Shown: one piece after another, positions 1 through 9,621 of the stretch | How positions within the stretch are numbered: position 1 is the first letter of the stretch | Layout: each line of letters starts with the position of its first letter | Assembly: GCA_024276825.1 (NCBI GenBank) | Contig: JAJRWI010000001.1 | Location: 1 to 58,174 of the forward strand | Direction: 5' to 3' | Length of the DNA stretch: 58,174 nt | From: an archaeon | GTDB taxonomy: Archaea; Asgardarchaeota; Thorarchaeia; Thorarchaeales; Thorarchaeaceae | Position numbers and translations under genes: made by a program | The notes under the pieces: model-generated | What the model saw: only the letters and a program-made list of their open reading frames with translations | Databases searched by the model: none | What the model was told of the DNA's origin: nothing

Positions 1-2
1 GT

Positions 3-203
3 TCGAGATCTTTATCGAAAAGAATACACTTCTGCTTCAGTTCAAATGCGAGTGCAATTCTTTTTGGTTCACGTGCTCGTAAGAACGAAAACCTGCTTAG
101 TGATTTTGATATGCTGTTAATCGTGGATAAAGATGTCGATGTTGAGAAACTCAGAACATGGGCTCGAAAACATCATATGGATCTGGATTGCACCAAATGT
201 TAA
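3..203 (+). CDS. Minimal nucleotidyltransferase (MNT/Pol-beta-like) domain protein, 5'-truncated by the window edge
   Basis: Frame 3 (not in the ORF track) reads ...AILFGSRARKNENLLSDFDMLLIVD..., the GS-x-AR...SD-x-D signature. TAA stop at 201-203. Confidence 0.7.
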   Translation, partial: SRSLSKRIHFCFSSNASAILFGSRARKNENLLSDFDMLLIVDKDVDVEKLRTWARKHHMDLDCTKC

Positions 204-292
204 CCTGATCTACCACCTAGTAGTTCATCTTCCATCAATCCTCTTTCAAAATGCTTTTTCGGTACCAATACTCCACAATTCTAGGCTGAAAA

Positions 293-865
293 ATGAACGA
301 CCTTGATCCGCAAGAGATTCGAGCATTAATTTCAAAATACGGACAACCAAAGCATTTGCAATTCTCAGCTGACTTTCTAGACTTTGAATGCGATCTTGTT
401 AAACGTAGTGCGAAAAAGGGCAGGTATCATGACATCACCTGCTTCATCAGGATGGATGGAGAGTTTGTAGTAATTCAAAAGCATGATTATGCAGAAAGTG
501 GCATATTTCGTGCTCCATCGGGAGGTGCACATCCCGGTGAGTCTATTGAGGAAGCTGCTGTTCGTGAGATGTATGAAGAAACGGGCATGCATGTGAAGCT
601 TCGAAGATTTGTGCTTGATGTGCACCTTGATGTAATATGCAATGACACTGCCATCACTTGGAGATCACTTGTGTTTCTTGCTGATGCCATTAGCGGCAAC
701 ATGAAAGAGATTGACACTTATGAGATATATTCGGTTCGGTTGATGAGTAAAGAAGAACTTCTCAGCACTGTCGATGAACTGATGGAGAACTCAGGTTGGG
801 GCGGCTTTAAATATAGGGCCTTTCTGACGCGTGAGTTTTTCAAGGCTCTTGATAATGAGGACTGA
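293..865 (+). CDS. NUDIX hydrolase
   Basis: Nudix box GGAHPGESIEEAAVREMYEETG. Confidence 0.9.
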   Translation: MNDLDPQEIRALISKYGQPKHLQFSADFLDFECDLVKRSAKKGRYHDITCFIRMDGEFVVIQKHDYAESGIFRAPSGGAHPGESIEEAAVREMYEETGMHVKLRRFVLDVHLDVICNDTAITWRSLVFLADAISGNMKEIDTYEIYSVRLMSKEELLSTVDELMENSGWGGFKYRAFLTREFFKALDNED

Positions 866-891
866 AAAAAGAAGGGAGAGAGGCGCATCAC

Positions 892-1923
892 CTATGGAGT
901 CATGGTGATGCCCAGTTTCTGAACTAGCTCTTTGTACCTGTTCCGAACAGTTACTTCTGTGACTCCAGCTGCCATTGCAATGTCTCTCTGAGTCACTCGG
1001 TGGTCAAGCAGTATTGATGCGATGTAAATTGCTGCAGCTGCAAGGCCCCTTGGATCTCGGCCTGTGACCAGACTACGATTCTTCTTTGCCTCTTCGAGAA
1101 TCTCAAGGACCTTTCTCTGAACTGAACCTGGAAGTCCCAACTGAGTGATGAATCTAGGCACATAGTTAGCTGGATCGGAAATCGGCATTCTCAATTTGAG
1201 TTTCTCTACAAGCAGTCTGTAGTGCTGTCCGATCTTCTTCTTGCTCACTCGTGAATGCCTAGCAATCTCTTCAAGTGAACGTGGCGCTCTGGCCAAACGA
1301 CATGCTGCGTAAATTGCAGCTCCAACCATTGCATCAATTGACCTACTTCTAGCAAGTCGTCTCACAATCAACTTCCTATATAGTAGTGCGGCCTGCTCCT
1401 TTATCGACTTGGTGAGTCCAAGTTGTGATGCTAGCCTGTCAAGTTCTGTCATTGCCTGTGCAAGGTTCCTGTCAACTGAACTGTGTACTCGTGTACGTAT
1501 CTGCCATTTTCTAAGCCTGTATATCTCTGATCTTCGCTTAGCACTGAATCTCTTACCTTGCGAGTCATGGTCTCGCCAGTCAATCATGGTGCTAAGCCCT
1601 TTATCATGGATTGTATAATTAGTAGGAGCTCCCGCTCTTGAGCGCGCATCTCTTTCATCAGAAGTGAATGCCCTCCACTCTGGACCAGTGTCAATTCTAT
1701 GGTCACTTATGACTAGACCACAGGTGGCGCATATCATCTCCCCTTTCTCAATATCCCTAACGATGTCGGCTCCACCACACTCTGGGCATGTGAACCGCTC
1801 ATCCTGAACCTTCTTGGTATGTCTGCGACTTGCTTTACTTTTGGTTGCCAACTTTCTCATTACCTCTCCCGTGAGTTTCGCAAAATCCTTCGATACTCTG
1901 GTCTGATCGAAAAATGCTGTCAT
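892..1923 (-). CDS. tfb: Transcription initiation factor IIB (TFB)
   Basis: Zn ribbon CPECG...CATCG, B-reader GPEWRAF, two cyclin repeats ending GVTEVTVRNRYKEL. Confidence 0.97.
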   Translation of the reverse strand: MTAFFDQTRVSKDFAKLTGEVMRKLATKSKASRRHTKKVQDERFTCPECGGADIVRDIEKGEMICATCGLVISDHRIDTGPEWRAFTSDERDARSRAGAPTNYTIHDKGLSTMIDWRDHDSQGKRFSAKRRSEIYRLRKWQIRTRVHSSVDRNLAQAMTELDRLASQLGLTKSIKEQAALLYRKLIVRRLARSRSIDAMVGAAIYAACRLARAPRSLEEIARHSRVSKKKIGQHYRLLVEKLKLRMPISDPANYVPRFITQLGLPGSVQRKVLEILEEAKKNRSLVTGRDPRGLAAAAIYIASILLDHRVTQRDIAMAAGVTEVTVRNRYKELVQKLGITMTP

Positions 1924-2183
1924 TGTAGAAATATACTGTGCTGATGACTATACTGACCAAAGCCCCATTGGATTCCGCTAACTTTATATGCAAAACAACC
2001 TTTATAAAGTTATCGGTCTTACATATGGAGTATCATCTATCCTATTCTTTTGATTGGGCGGCATATTTCCATTGAACAATTTGAATTTAAACTCTTCGAA
2101 ACACCATGACTTGAGTGGAACTTCAATTTTGGACAATTATTTGGTCAGTCATTCTGCGTTTTCATGTCAACAGATCAATCTAA

Positions 2184-2639
2184 TCACTCGCAATCCTTGG
2201 GCGGCACTTCAGACTTCATGAACTCTTGAAACTGCTCCATCCATTTATCACTCTGACCACTATTTTTCATAAAATGAACAAACATAGTCAATCGTCTAAC
2301 AGTTTCAGAATTGGCCAAATGTTCGATCTCGCATGCATCCGCAGAGGCGATTTCTTCTGGTACTCCAAGAAGCACAAGAAAGTCCCTTAAGGTTTCATAT
2401 CTGCAGGCGAGTGCTTGCGCCACTTTTTTGCCTTTCTTAGTCAGTCTGACACCATGATACTTCTCATATTTCACCATGCCAAGCTTGTCCAGTCTCTGCA
2501 AAGCATCAGTCACACTGGGAGGTTTCACATCCATCTCTTCAGCAATCTCGGTGACAGAGGTGGCCTTGCCCTTGCCCTGTTCGCATTCCAACTTATGGAT
2601 TACCTTTACATACATTTCAAGTGCCTTGCTCAGAGTCAT
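2184..2639 (-). CDS. DtxR/MntR-family metal-dependent transcriptional regulator
   Basis: wHTH IAEEMDVKPPSVTDALQRL, LTKKG, and dimerisation motif DACEIEH. Confidence 0.92.
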   Translation of the reverse strand: MTLSKALEMYVKVIHKLECEQGKGKATSVTEIAEEMDVKPPSVTDALQRLDKLGMVKYEKYHGVRLTKKGKKVAQALACRYETLRDFLVLLGVPEEIASADACEIEHLANSETVRRLTMFVHFMKNSGQSDKWMEQFQEFMKSEVPPKDCE

Positions 2640-2649
2640 TCGGATCGCC

Positions 2650-2931
2650 TCACTCAGCTCCGTAGCGTGTTCCTTGTTCTGTAATAGTATAATATGTTAT
2701 TCCCTCATTGGGATCACTACAATGACTGGCATGAGGACATCCAGAGCATTGTGCAGTGTCACAAGAGGTTGGTCTCTCAACTCTTAAATATCCCCTATCA
2801 GCGAGCATAGTGAGAATATCTTCGAGGGTTTCTTTGGATATTCCAATAACTCTTGCTAGCTGTGCCTTGCTTATCATTCTATTTTCGGAGATGAGTTGTA
2901 ATATCTTCTTGAACATGTGATTATGCTCCAT
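2650..2931 (-). CDS. feoC: FeoC-like winged-helix protein with Cys motif
   Basis: wHTH plus CDTAQCSGCPHASHC (Cx4Cx2Cx5C). Directly downstream of feoA. Confidence 0.75.
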   Translation of the reverse strand: MEHNHMFKKILQLISENRMISKAQLARVIGISKETLEDILTMLADRGYLRVERPTSCDTAQCSGCPHASHCSDPNEGITYYTITEQGTRYGAE

Positions 2932-3278
2932 TACATCTGACTCTCAGGCACCACGAGTATCTTGCTTGCAACACCATAACCGAGAGCCAACTTTGTGCCT
3001 CGAACCATGATAACAACAGGCCCTCTCCCCTGACCTTCCATCTTTGTGAGTACGATTCCTGGTGTTAGTCCTAGATCGCATAGGCGTTTTACAACCGCTC
3101 TTGTGTGGTGCTCTTCTGCATTAGGACTGCAACCAAAGTCCGTGATGGGTGGGGCATTGGGGGGCCTGTTTCGCCCTTCATCAGCAATCCCAATCATTCT
3201 GCATTTTGTGCCTTTTGGTACTTCAATTAGTCGCATGATGTCATCAGTCTGATAGTCTTTACGCGTTCGAATCTCCAT
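2931..3278 (-). CDS. feoA: Ferrous iron transport protein A
   Basis: KRLCDLGLTPG...GPVVIMVRGTKLALG...ASKILV SH3-like FeoA signature. Confidence 0.9.
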   Translation of the reverse strand: MEIRTRKDYQTDDIMRLIEVPKGTKCRMIGIADEGRNRPPNAPPITDFGCSPNAEEHHTRAVVKRLCDLGLTPGIVLTKMEGQGRGPVVIMVRGTKLALGYGVASKILVVPESQM

Positions 3279-3309
3279 GTTTCAAGGCACCCCATTTTAG
3301 CCGAATCAG

Positions 3310-3327
3310 ATTTAGACATGTCTAAAT
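3310..3327. promoter_or_regulatory. Putative DtxR/MntR operator upstream of feoA
   Basis: Perfect 18-bp palindrome ATTTAGACATGTCTAAAT about 32 bp upstream of the feoA start, next to a TATA-like tract. Confidence 0.75.
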
Positions 3328-3337
3328 ATAATCTTTC

Positions 3338-3778
3338 TTAATTGGTCTTTTTTGGCCTTTGCATTCTATAGAATCTGATAATTGGAAGAGCAAAGGGAAA
3401 CAGCCAGATTGATGCATTGAGGTCTTGAGCGAGTTGCCATTCTGCCCAGTCTTCTAATCCTAGTGCAAAACCCAGTGCATTGGTTGCTAGTATAATAATA
3501 TGCAGCAAAAAAAGAATGGTCACTAGCAATGCGCCTGCAACAGCTAAAGCATATCCATCAACACCCTGTCCCTTGACAAAGCATTTGACACCATGCATGA
3601 AGACAAAAGCTACGAGAACAAGTACAAGTCCTTCAAGTAGGTTATTGCCAACGAATGCAATACTGTAACCCATGATAGCATTGAGTGTCTGCAGGACCCC
3701 AGCAAGCGCAAAAGCAATCGAGTTCAGGACGACATTGACGAACACAATACGATAATGTTCTCTTATCTCTTCGAACAT
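3338..3778 (-). CDS. Hypothetical membrane protein (about 4 TM) inside the feo cluster
   Basis: Hydrophobic 146-aa ORF co-oriented between feoB and feoA. Confidence 0.75.
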   Translation of the reverse strand: MFEEIREHYRIVFVNVVLNSIAFALAGVLQTLNAIMGYSIAFVGNNLLEGLVLVLVAFVFMHGVKCFVKGQGVDGYALAVAGALLVTILFLLHIIILATNALGFALGLEDWAEWQLAQDLNASIWLFPFALPIIRFYRMQRPKKTN

Positions 3779-3787
3779 AACATCACC

Positions 3788-5071
3788 CTAGAATATGAGT
3801 CCTCCTACAGCAACGACAAGAAATGCCATTGAATATGCTAGACCAACCTGATACACGACTGATACCATTGCCCACTTCCACGAATTAGTCTCTTTTCTAA
3901 TTGTTCCGATGGCCGCAATACACGGCGTGTAGAGCAAGACAAAAATCATCAAGGCGAATGCTGTGACTGGTGTCATCAGGCCAAGCAATTGCAGTCTTAT
4001 TGCAGCTGCACCATTCACTGAATAAATTATACTCAGTGATTCAACAACAATCTCCTTTGCAAAGAACCCAAAGATCAGTGCGGTCACAATTGTCCAGTCG
4101 AAGCCCAAGGGGACAAACAGTGGTGCAATTGCATTGCCCAGAATGCCTGCATATGACTCAGCAATGGGAACATCATATCCTCCAGGCCCCATCTTTGAGA
4201 TGAACCAGAGAAGAACAGCACCAAATAGGAGATAAGTTCCTGCCTTTTTCAAGAACAGCACTCCCCGTTCCCATGTATGTATCACTGAACCATGAAATGT
4301 GGGCGTCTGATACTCAGGAAGTTCCATGATGAATGGTGATGATTTGCCCTTGAAGATCAGCTTCTGAAATATCAGTGCCATTAGGATGGCAAAGACTATT
4401 CCAATAATATACATTAGAAAGACAATGGTGCCTTGATACAATGGGAAGAATGCCCCTGCTATCATTATGTAAACAGGGAGCCTTGCTGAGCATGACATTA
4501 GTGGAGTCACAAGAATTGTTGTCAGTCTGTTCTCTCTTCCATCCACTGTCCTAGCTGCCATGATTCCTGGAACGCTACATCCAAACCCAAGTAATAATGG
4601 AATGAACGATCTGCCATGAAGCCCCATCTTCACCATTATCTTGTCCATCACAAACGCGGCTCTGGCAAGATAGCCACTGTCCTCTAGAATTGAGATTGTG
4701 AAGTACATGAAGAAAATCGGTGGCACGAACACTAGGATGAAACCGACCCCTCCGATAATCCCTTCTGCAATCAGAGATGCAATAACGGGGTTCGGGATTT
4801 GCAGGGCGAAACCCTTGAGCCACTCGATTATATTTTCAATGATTACCATAAAGACCGCAGAGGCCTCGAAGGTAAAATGAAACATCGCCCACATTACGAC
4901 CAGAAATATCATAATTCCAAGGTAGGGGTGAAGGAAAACTCTGTCAAGCAGATCTGTCTTTGAATAATGCTTTTCACCTTTTGAATAGACTTCTGAAATA
5001 ATGTCTGAGATGATCTTGTATCGCTCTTCCGCTAGGAGTATTTGCGGATCAATGGGATTATCTTTACTCAT
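3788..5071 (-). CDS. feoB: FeoB, C-terminal membrane (gate/core) part
   Basis: LEDSGYLARAAF, GFGCSVP, MSCSARLP, FIMELP, KEIVV and YTPC motifs. Has its own ATG preceded by GAGGTGA. Confidence 0.95.
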   Translation of the reverse strand: MSKDNPIDPQILLAEERYKIISDIISEVYSKGEKHYSKTDLLDRVFLHPYLGIMIFLVVMWAMFHFTFEASAVFMVIIENIIEWLKGFALQIPNPVIASLIAEGIIGGVGFILVFVPPIFFMYFTISILEDSGYLARAAFVMDKIMVKMGLHGRSFIPLLLGFGCSVPGIMAARTVDGRENRLTTILVTPLMSCSARLPVYIMIAGAFFPLYQGTIVFLMYIIGIVFAILMALIFQKLIFKGKSSPFIMELPEYQTPTFHGSVIHTWERGVLFLKKAGTYLLFGAVLLWFISKMGPGGYDVPIAESYAGILGNAIAPLFVPLGFDWTIVTALIFGFFAKEIVVESLSIIYSVNGAAAIRLQLLGLMTPVTAFALMIFVLLYTPCIAAIGTIRKETNSWKWAMVSVVYQVGLAYSMAFLVVAVGGLIF

Positions 5072-5874
5072 CGGCTCACCTCAAGTATCTTCTGCTTTAG
5101 TTCATCATTTGTAACCATTGCCAATATCTGCGGGTCTCTCTCAAACAATCTTAATGCAAGCCATCGTGGTGGGAATCTATCAAGAATCTCTTTCTCCTTG
5201 CTCATCAGTTCAACTATCTTTTTCAATTTGTATTCAATCTCTGTGCTGTATTTTATGGTCGGTGGCCTCAATCGCTCATATTGACCATGATGATGCAGTC
5301 GTGGATGATAGTGAAGATGGTCATCCCGATCATTCTCGCCTGGGAGATGTATGTGTTCTTGATTGATTCTCTTTAGATGCTCTTCAGGAATGGCATCTTT
5401 AATTGCCCTCTTGAGTTCATTCATGCCCATTCTTTTGATTGCAGAAGCGACTACGACCGGTGCCCCAATGCGTTCTGACAACCTCTTGACATCGATCTTA
5501 TCCCCTTTTGACTCAACAACATCATACATATTCAAAACGACAACAAGATTCACCTGTAACTCTATTAACAGCAATGTCAGGTAGAGGTTTCTCTCCAGCT
5601 GAGCAGCATTGATTATGTCAACCACAACTTCGGGTCTGCTATCAACAATGAAGTTTCGAGCGACCTCTTCATCTTCTGATCTTGCACTCAAGCTGTACAC
5701 GCCAGGAAGGTCCCAGACTTCAAACTCATAACCATCATATTCGTAGTATCCAACACGTTGCTCAACAGTCTTTCCAGGCCAGTTCCCTGTATGTTGTTTC
5801 AGGCCAGTCAGATTTGTGAAAATCACTGATTTGCCAACATTCGGGTTTCCTATCAGCGCAATCTTCACTCTCAT
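5068..5874 (-). CDS. feoB: FeoB, N-terminal GTPase/GDI part, with His-rich insert
   Basis: G1 GNPNVGKS, G2 NWPGKTVE, G3 DLPG, G4 NMYD. Stop overlaps the next start (ATGA). Confidence 0.95.
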   Translation of the reverse strand: MRVKIALIGNPNVGKSVIFTNLTGLKQHTGNWPGKTVEQRVGYYEYDGYEFEVWDLPGVYSLSARSEDEEVARNFIVDSRPEVVVDIINAAQLERNLYLTLLLIELQVNLVVVLNMYDVVESKGDKIDVKRLSERIGAPVVVASAIKRMGMNELKRAIKDAIPEEHLKRINQEHIHLPGENDRDDHLHYHPRLHHHGQYERLRPPTIKYSTEIEYKLKKIVELMSKEKEILDRFPPRWLALRLFERDPQILAMVTNDELKQKILEVSR

Positions 5875-5903
5875 TGAGTAATACCCTCTGACCGTTTGCG
5901 AGA

Positions 5904-5919
5904 TTTAGGCTTGCCTAAC
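5904..5919. promoter_or_regulatory. Putative DtxR/MntR operator in the feoB/larA divergent intergenic region
   Basis: TTTAGGCTTGCCTAAC, the same TTAG-N6-CTAA core as the site at 3311-3326, 30 bp upstream of the feoB start. Confidence 0.7.
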
Positions 5920-6008
5920 TTTTAAAGTTATCCAACCTGACAAACAATACTTGTGCCTAACCGCAATCATTACATAGACAAGAAGCAACCAGTTTCTGGG
6001 GTTATGCA

Positions 6009-7385
6009 ATGTCTTGGTATAAAACACCCTTGAAGTATGGGTCATATATTGTGGATGAGTTTATTCCAGCCTCAATCAGGGATGTCAGACTCCTTGAGAT
6101 TGAGGAATATGCCCCTGATTTTGACAATTTTGAAGAAAAGCTTAACAGTGTGTTGGAAAATCCTTTGGGATCAAAACCCTTTGACGAACTGGTTGGTGAA
6201 ACCTATCAGAAAGGAAAGAGAGTCACTATAATTGTTGATGACAACACTCGTCCGAATATACACACAAGAATACTGTTGCCCTATGTTATGGAGCGGCTGC
6301 TAAGGAATGGCGTGGAGAAAAATGACATTGCCATTATGATTGCCAGTGGTTCTCATAAGGCTCCCAAAGAAGAACAGATCAGAGACCGCATTCTAAACAA
6401 AGAACTCTATGACGCTTGGAGAGAGAATGTTCTTATTCATGATTGTGACTCGAGAAACAAGTATCTTGGTGACACATCAAGGGGCACTCCAATCTATATT
6501 GATGATCGTATACTTGACTCATGCCTGCTTATTCCATTAAGCGACTCTGAGTATCATTATTTTGCTGGCCAGGCTGGAACTGTGAAGTTGTTCTGTCCTG
6601 GCGTGGCCGGACGCGAGACCATCAGAATTAATCATCCGAGAATGTTTGACATTGAGAAGGGTTTTGTTGATGGCTGTAGACTTGGCAATTGTGATGGAAA
6701 TCCAGTCATTGAAGACATGATAGAAATTGCTAACACAGTCAAGAAGAATCTACCCATGTTTTGTATTGATACCATTGTTCACCACGGAGAGATTGTCTAT
6801 CTTCAGGCGGGCGACATTTATGAGTGTCATAAGGCCGCTCATGAGCCCCTTAGAAGGCTGAGAGTCGTTGATGTTGATGAACCTGCAGATATCGTGTTTG
6901 TTTCAGTGGGTGAGCTGGGCATCAACCTCTATCAGGCAGGGAAGGGTATTCATGCAGCTTGGAATGGGGTGCGACATGATCGAAAGGGCTGGATTGTATT
7001 GTTGGCTCCATGCAATGAGGGCATTGGCAGTGATGCTTATGCTGAAGCAATGGAGTCTGTCAAGGACATGAATCTGAGTGATGCCTTGCGCTATGTGATT
7101 GAAACCTATTGTAGCCCCAAGACTTTCAAGATAGGCAACCAAAAGCCTCCCGATCTGCTAAGAATCCTGAGGGATGTGAAACCCGGCGACATCAAAGTGA
7201 TCACCGAACTCGACCCCGACATGCTCATTAAGACCTATCACATGGAGGGTCTGAATCCTAAGAGTCCTGAAGATGTTCAGAGAATCTTAAGGGATCTGGT
7301 TGTGCAATATCTTGAGATAAACCCAGAACCCAGAATCTTCGTGCTTCAAGATGCTAGTGCTCTGATTGATGTTAAAAACCGCTAA
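6009..7385 (+). CDS. larA: LarA-family nickel-pincer-dependent racemase/epimerase
   Basis: VDDNTRP, ASGSH, YHYFAG-x-AGTVK-x2-CPG, INH and NLYQAGK match conserved LarA His/Lys positions. Substrate cannot be determined. Confidence 0.88.
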   Translation: MSWYKTPLKYGSYIVDEFIPASIRDVRLLEIEEYAPDFDNFEEKLNSVLENPLGSKPFDELVGETYQKGKRVTIIVDDNTRPNIHTRILLPYVMERLLRNGVEKNDIAIMIASGSHKAPKEEQIRDRILNKELYDAWRENVLIHDCDSRNKYLGDTSRGTPIYIDDRILDSCLLIPLSDSEYHYFAGQAGTVKLFCPGVAGRETIRINHPRMFDIEKGFVDGCRLGNCDGNPVIEDMIEIANTVKKNLPMFCIDTIVHHGEIVYLQAGDIYECHKAAHEPLRRLRVVDVDEPADIVFVSVGELGINLYQAGKGIHAAWNGVRHDRKGWIVLLAPCNEGIGSDAYAEAMESVKDMNLSDALRYVIETYCSPKTFKIGNQKPPDLLRILRDVKPGDIKVITELDPDMLIKTYHMEGLNPKSPEDVQRILRDLVVQYLEINPEPRIFVLQDASALIDVKNR

Positions 7386-7398
7386 TATTAAGGGATAA

Positions 7399-7419
7399 TC
7401 GGGGCACTTTTTGCCCCGA
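7399..7419. terminator. Hairpin between convergent larA and cysS
   Basis: TCGGGGCA-CTTTT-TGCCCCGA, 8-bp stem. Confidence 0.5.
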
Positions 7420-7426
7420 CTTGCCT

Positions 7427-8860
7427 TTACTCAATTTTCCAGGTCGGCCCATCTTTGGTGTCAGCGACCGATATGCTAAGCTCTTTCAGTCTATCTCGGA
7501 TCATATCAGCAGCTGCATAATCCTTGCTCTTTCGTGCATTTTCACGGACCTCAAGCAGCAGGCCAACAACGCCCTTCAAGACTTCAACTGATTTACCACC
7601 AGCTTCATCTTCAGCCTTTTCAAGATTTATTCCAAGAATACTCATCAGTTCGCTAAGTGTGGAGAGTGCTTCACGCAAGACTGCAGCATTGCCAATATCG
7701 GGTGTCAGCGAGTTAATATCCCTCACGAAAGTAAAGATCTCAGCGATGGCCCCCGGAGTATTGAAGTCATCGTCCATTTCACGCTCGAAGCCCTCTCTGA
7801 CCTTCTTAATCGCCTCTGATAGCTTATCATCTGCCTTCGTCCTCCGTCCACCCTTCTTCTCAAGAATTGAGATCTTGCCACGTATTGTATCTGCAGCATT
7901 CTTTATTCTCTCAAGTGACTGGATGGCCTGCTTCAGGGCCTTATCATTATAATCAAGCGGCTGACGATACTGGCCTGACACAAGGTAGAATCTCACTGCC
8001 TGGTGGTCATAGTTATCTAGCACTTCTCTTGCTGTGAAGAAGTTTCCCTCTGACTTGGACATCTTCTCAGTGTTGATAGTCAAAAAGCCATTATGAAGCC
8101 AATATTTGACGGGAGTCTTCTCACCATAGGCCGCAGCACTCTGAGCGATCTCATTCTCATGATGTGGAAAGATCAGGTCCTGGCCTCCACCATGAATATC
8201 AAATGGGATTCCCAGGTAGTATTTGCCCATGACAGAGCACTCAGCATGCCAGCCAGGTCTGCCCTTGCCCCAAGGACTGTCCCATGAGGGTTCGCCGGGT
8301 TTCTCAGCCTTCCATAGAGCAAAGTCCCTCGGGTCTTTCTTCTTCTCACCAACATTTACCCTTAATCCAGCGGATAATTCATCCAGAGGAATCTTTGAGA
8401 GCACGCCATAATTAGACCATGAAGGGACATCGAAATATACATCGCCATCCACAACATATCCATGACCGTTCTCAATAATCTTGCTCACCATGTCAATGAT
8501 ATCATCAATGTGCTCAGTAGCTCTGGGATTCACAGTTGCGGGCTTGAGATTGAGTTCGCTTGCTATAATATAGTATTCAGCAATGAATCGCGCCGCAAGG
8601 TCAGCAACAGAGATACCTTCCTCATTTGCACGATTGATCATCTTGTCATCAATATCTGTGAAATTCGTGATGTAAGTTACCCTGTACCCCTTATATTCTA
8701 AATAGCGTCTGATCGTGTCAAAAACGGCAAAGGACCGAGCATTCCCGATATGTGGGTAGTCATAGACCGTGGGACCACAGACATACATTCGCACATGATT
8801 CTTTTCAATCGGCTTGAACTCTTCCTTTTTCCTTGTGAGTGTATTGTAGACCTGAAGCAT
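7427..8860 (-). CDS. cysS: Cysteine--tRNA ligase
   Basis: MYVCGPTVY, HIGN, GRPGWHAEC, DLIFPHHENE, KMSKS. Start placed at the ATG of MLQVYNT; the ORF track extends to 8899. Confidence 0.98.
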   Translation of the reverse strand: MLQVYNTLTRKKEEFKPIEKNHVRMYVCGPTVYDYPHIGNARSFAVFDTIRRYLEYKGYRVTYITNFTDIDDKMINRANEEGISVADLAARFIAEYYIIASELNLKPATVNPRATEHIDDIIDMVSKIIENGHGYVVDGDVYFDVPSWSNYGVLSKIPLDELSAGLRVNVGEKKKDPRDFALWKAEKPGEPSWDSPWGKGRPGWHAECSVMGKYYLGIPFDIHGGGQDLIFPHHENEIAQSAAAYGEKTPVKYWLHNGFLTINTEKMSKSEGNFFTAREVLDNYDHQAVRFYLVSGQYRQPLDYNDKALKQAIQSLERIKNAADTIRGKISILEKKGGRRTKADDKLSEAIKKVREGFEREMDDDFNTPGAIAEIFTFVRDINSLTPDIGNAAVLREALSTLSELMSILGINLEKAEDEAGGKSVEVLKGVVGLLLEVRENARKSKDYAAADMIRDRLKELSISVADTKDGPTWKIE

Positions 8861-8958
8861 GCTTACTACCCGCCTTAACACCTTGATATCGAATTCCAAT
8901 AAAAAGGCGTTTGCAATAATTGCCTTTTTTCCTCGTTATATTGTTGCTGATATGTAAA

Positions 8959-9621
8959 TTATCCCTCTTGAGCCATTCCGTATAAGTGATAGCCAAGAAT
9001 GATAATCCATGTTTCTCCGATTAGAGCAAGAACAATCTCTGGTATTGCAAGGCCCGTGATTGGAATGGCCAAAAAACTAACAATCGCGATAAAGCCCCCA
9101 AACAACATGATTGCATCAAATAATCCTGCAAATAATGCAACTATGCCAATGACTCTCCTGCTTGGAGTCATGATGAGATGGATGCCATAGATTATTGATG
9201 AGAATATCAATGCAAGAAAGAAACCAAGAGCGATTGTTGTGTGATATGGCTTGATGGTTTCATTGACAAGCCCAACTCCCATCAGCAGAATGAAACTGAT
9301 AAACAGCATGAGAGATCCCAGTGTCCCAATGATGGATCGCTCTTTGACAGCCTCTTTCACAAGATGACCTACAAATATCAGACTGATCAATCCTGCTATG
9401 ACTAGTGTACTATTGAACAACCAAAAAACGGGACTTAGAGGATGCCCAAGGTCACTCAGTGCGTTATCAAGCCAGTTGAACCATGGCGATAATGCAACCG
9501 AGATGAAGATCCCCGCAAATCCAATGACTGGCCCAAGAACTCCAGCAGGCCCCGCTATCTCTCTTTCAAATATTGTGTCTAGGCTTTGCATTACCAATCT
9601 TCCTTGCATGACTACTGCCAC
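8959..9621 (-). CDS. DUF998-like membrane protein
   Basis: PWFNWLDNALSDLG motif, FN, conserved H, AIPE. About 6 TM. Confidence 0.75.
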   Translation of the reverse strand: MAVVMQGRLVMQSLDTIFEREIAGPAGVLGPVIGFAGIFISVALSPWFNWLDNALSDLGHPLSPVFWLFNSTLVIAGLISLIFVGHLVKEAVKERSIIGTLGSLMLFISFILLMGVGLVNETIKPYHTTIALGFFLALIFSSIIYGIHLIMTPSRRVIGIVALFAGLFDAIMLFGGFIAIVSFLAIPITGLAIPEIVLALIGETWIIILGYHLYGMAQEG

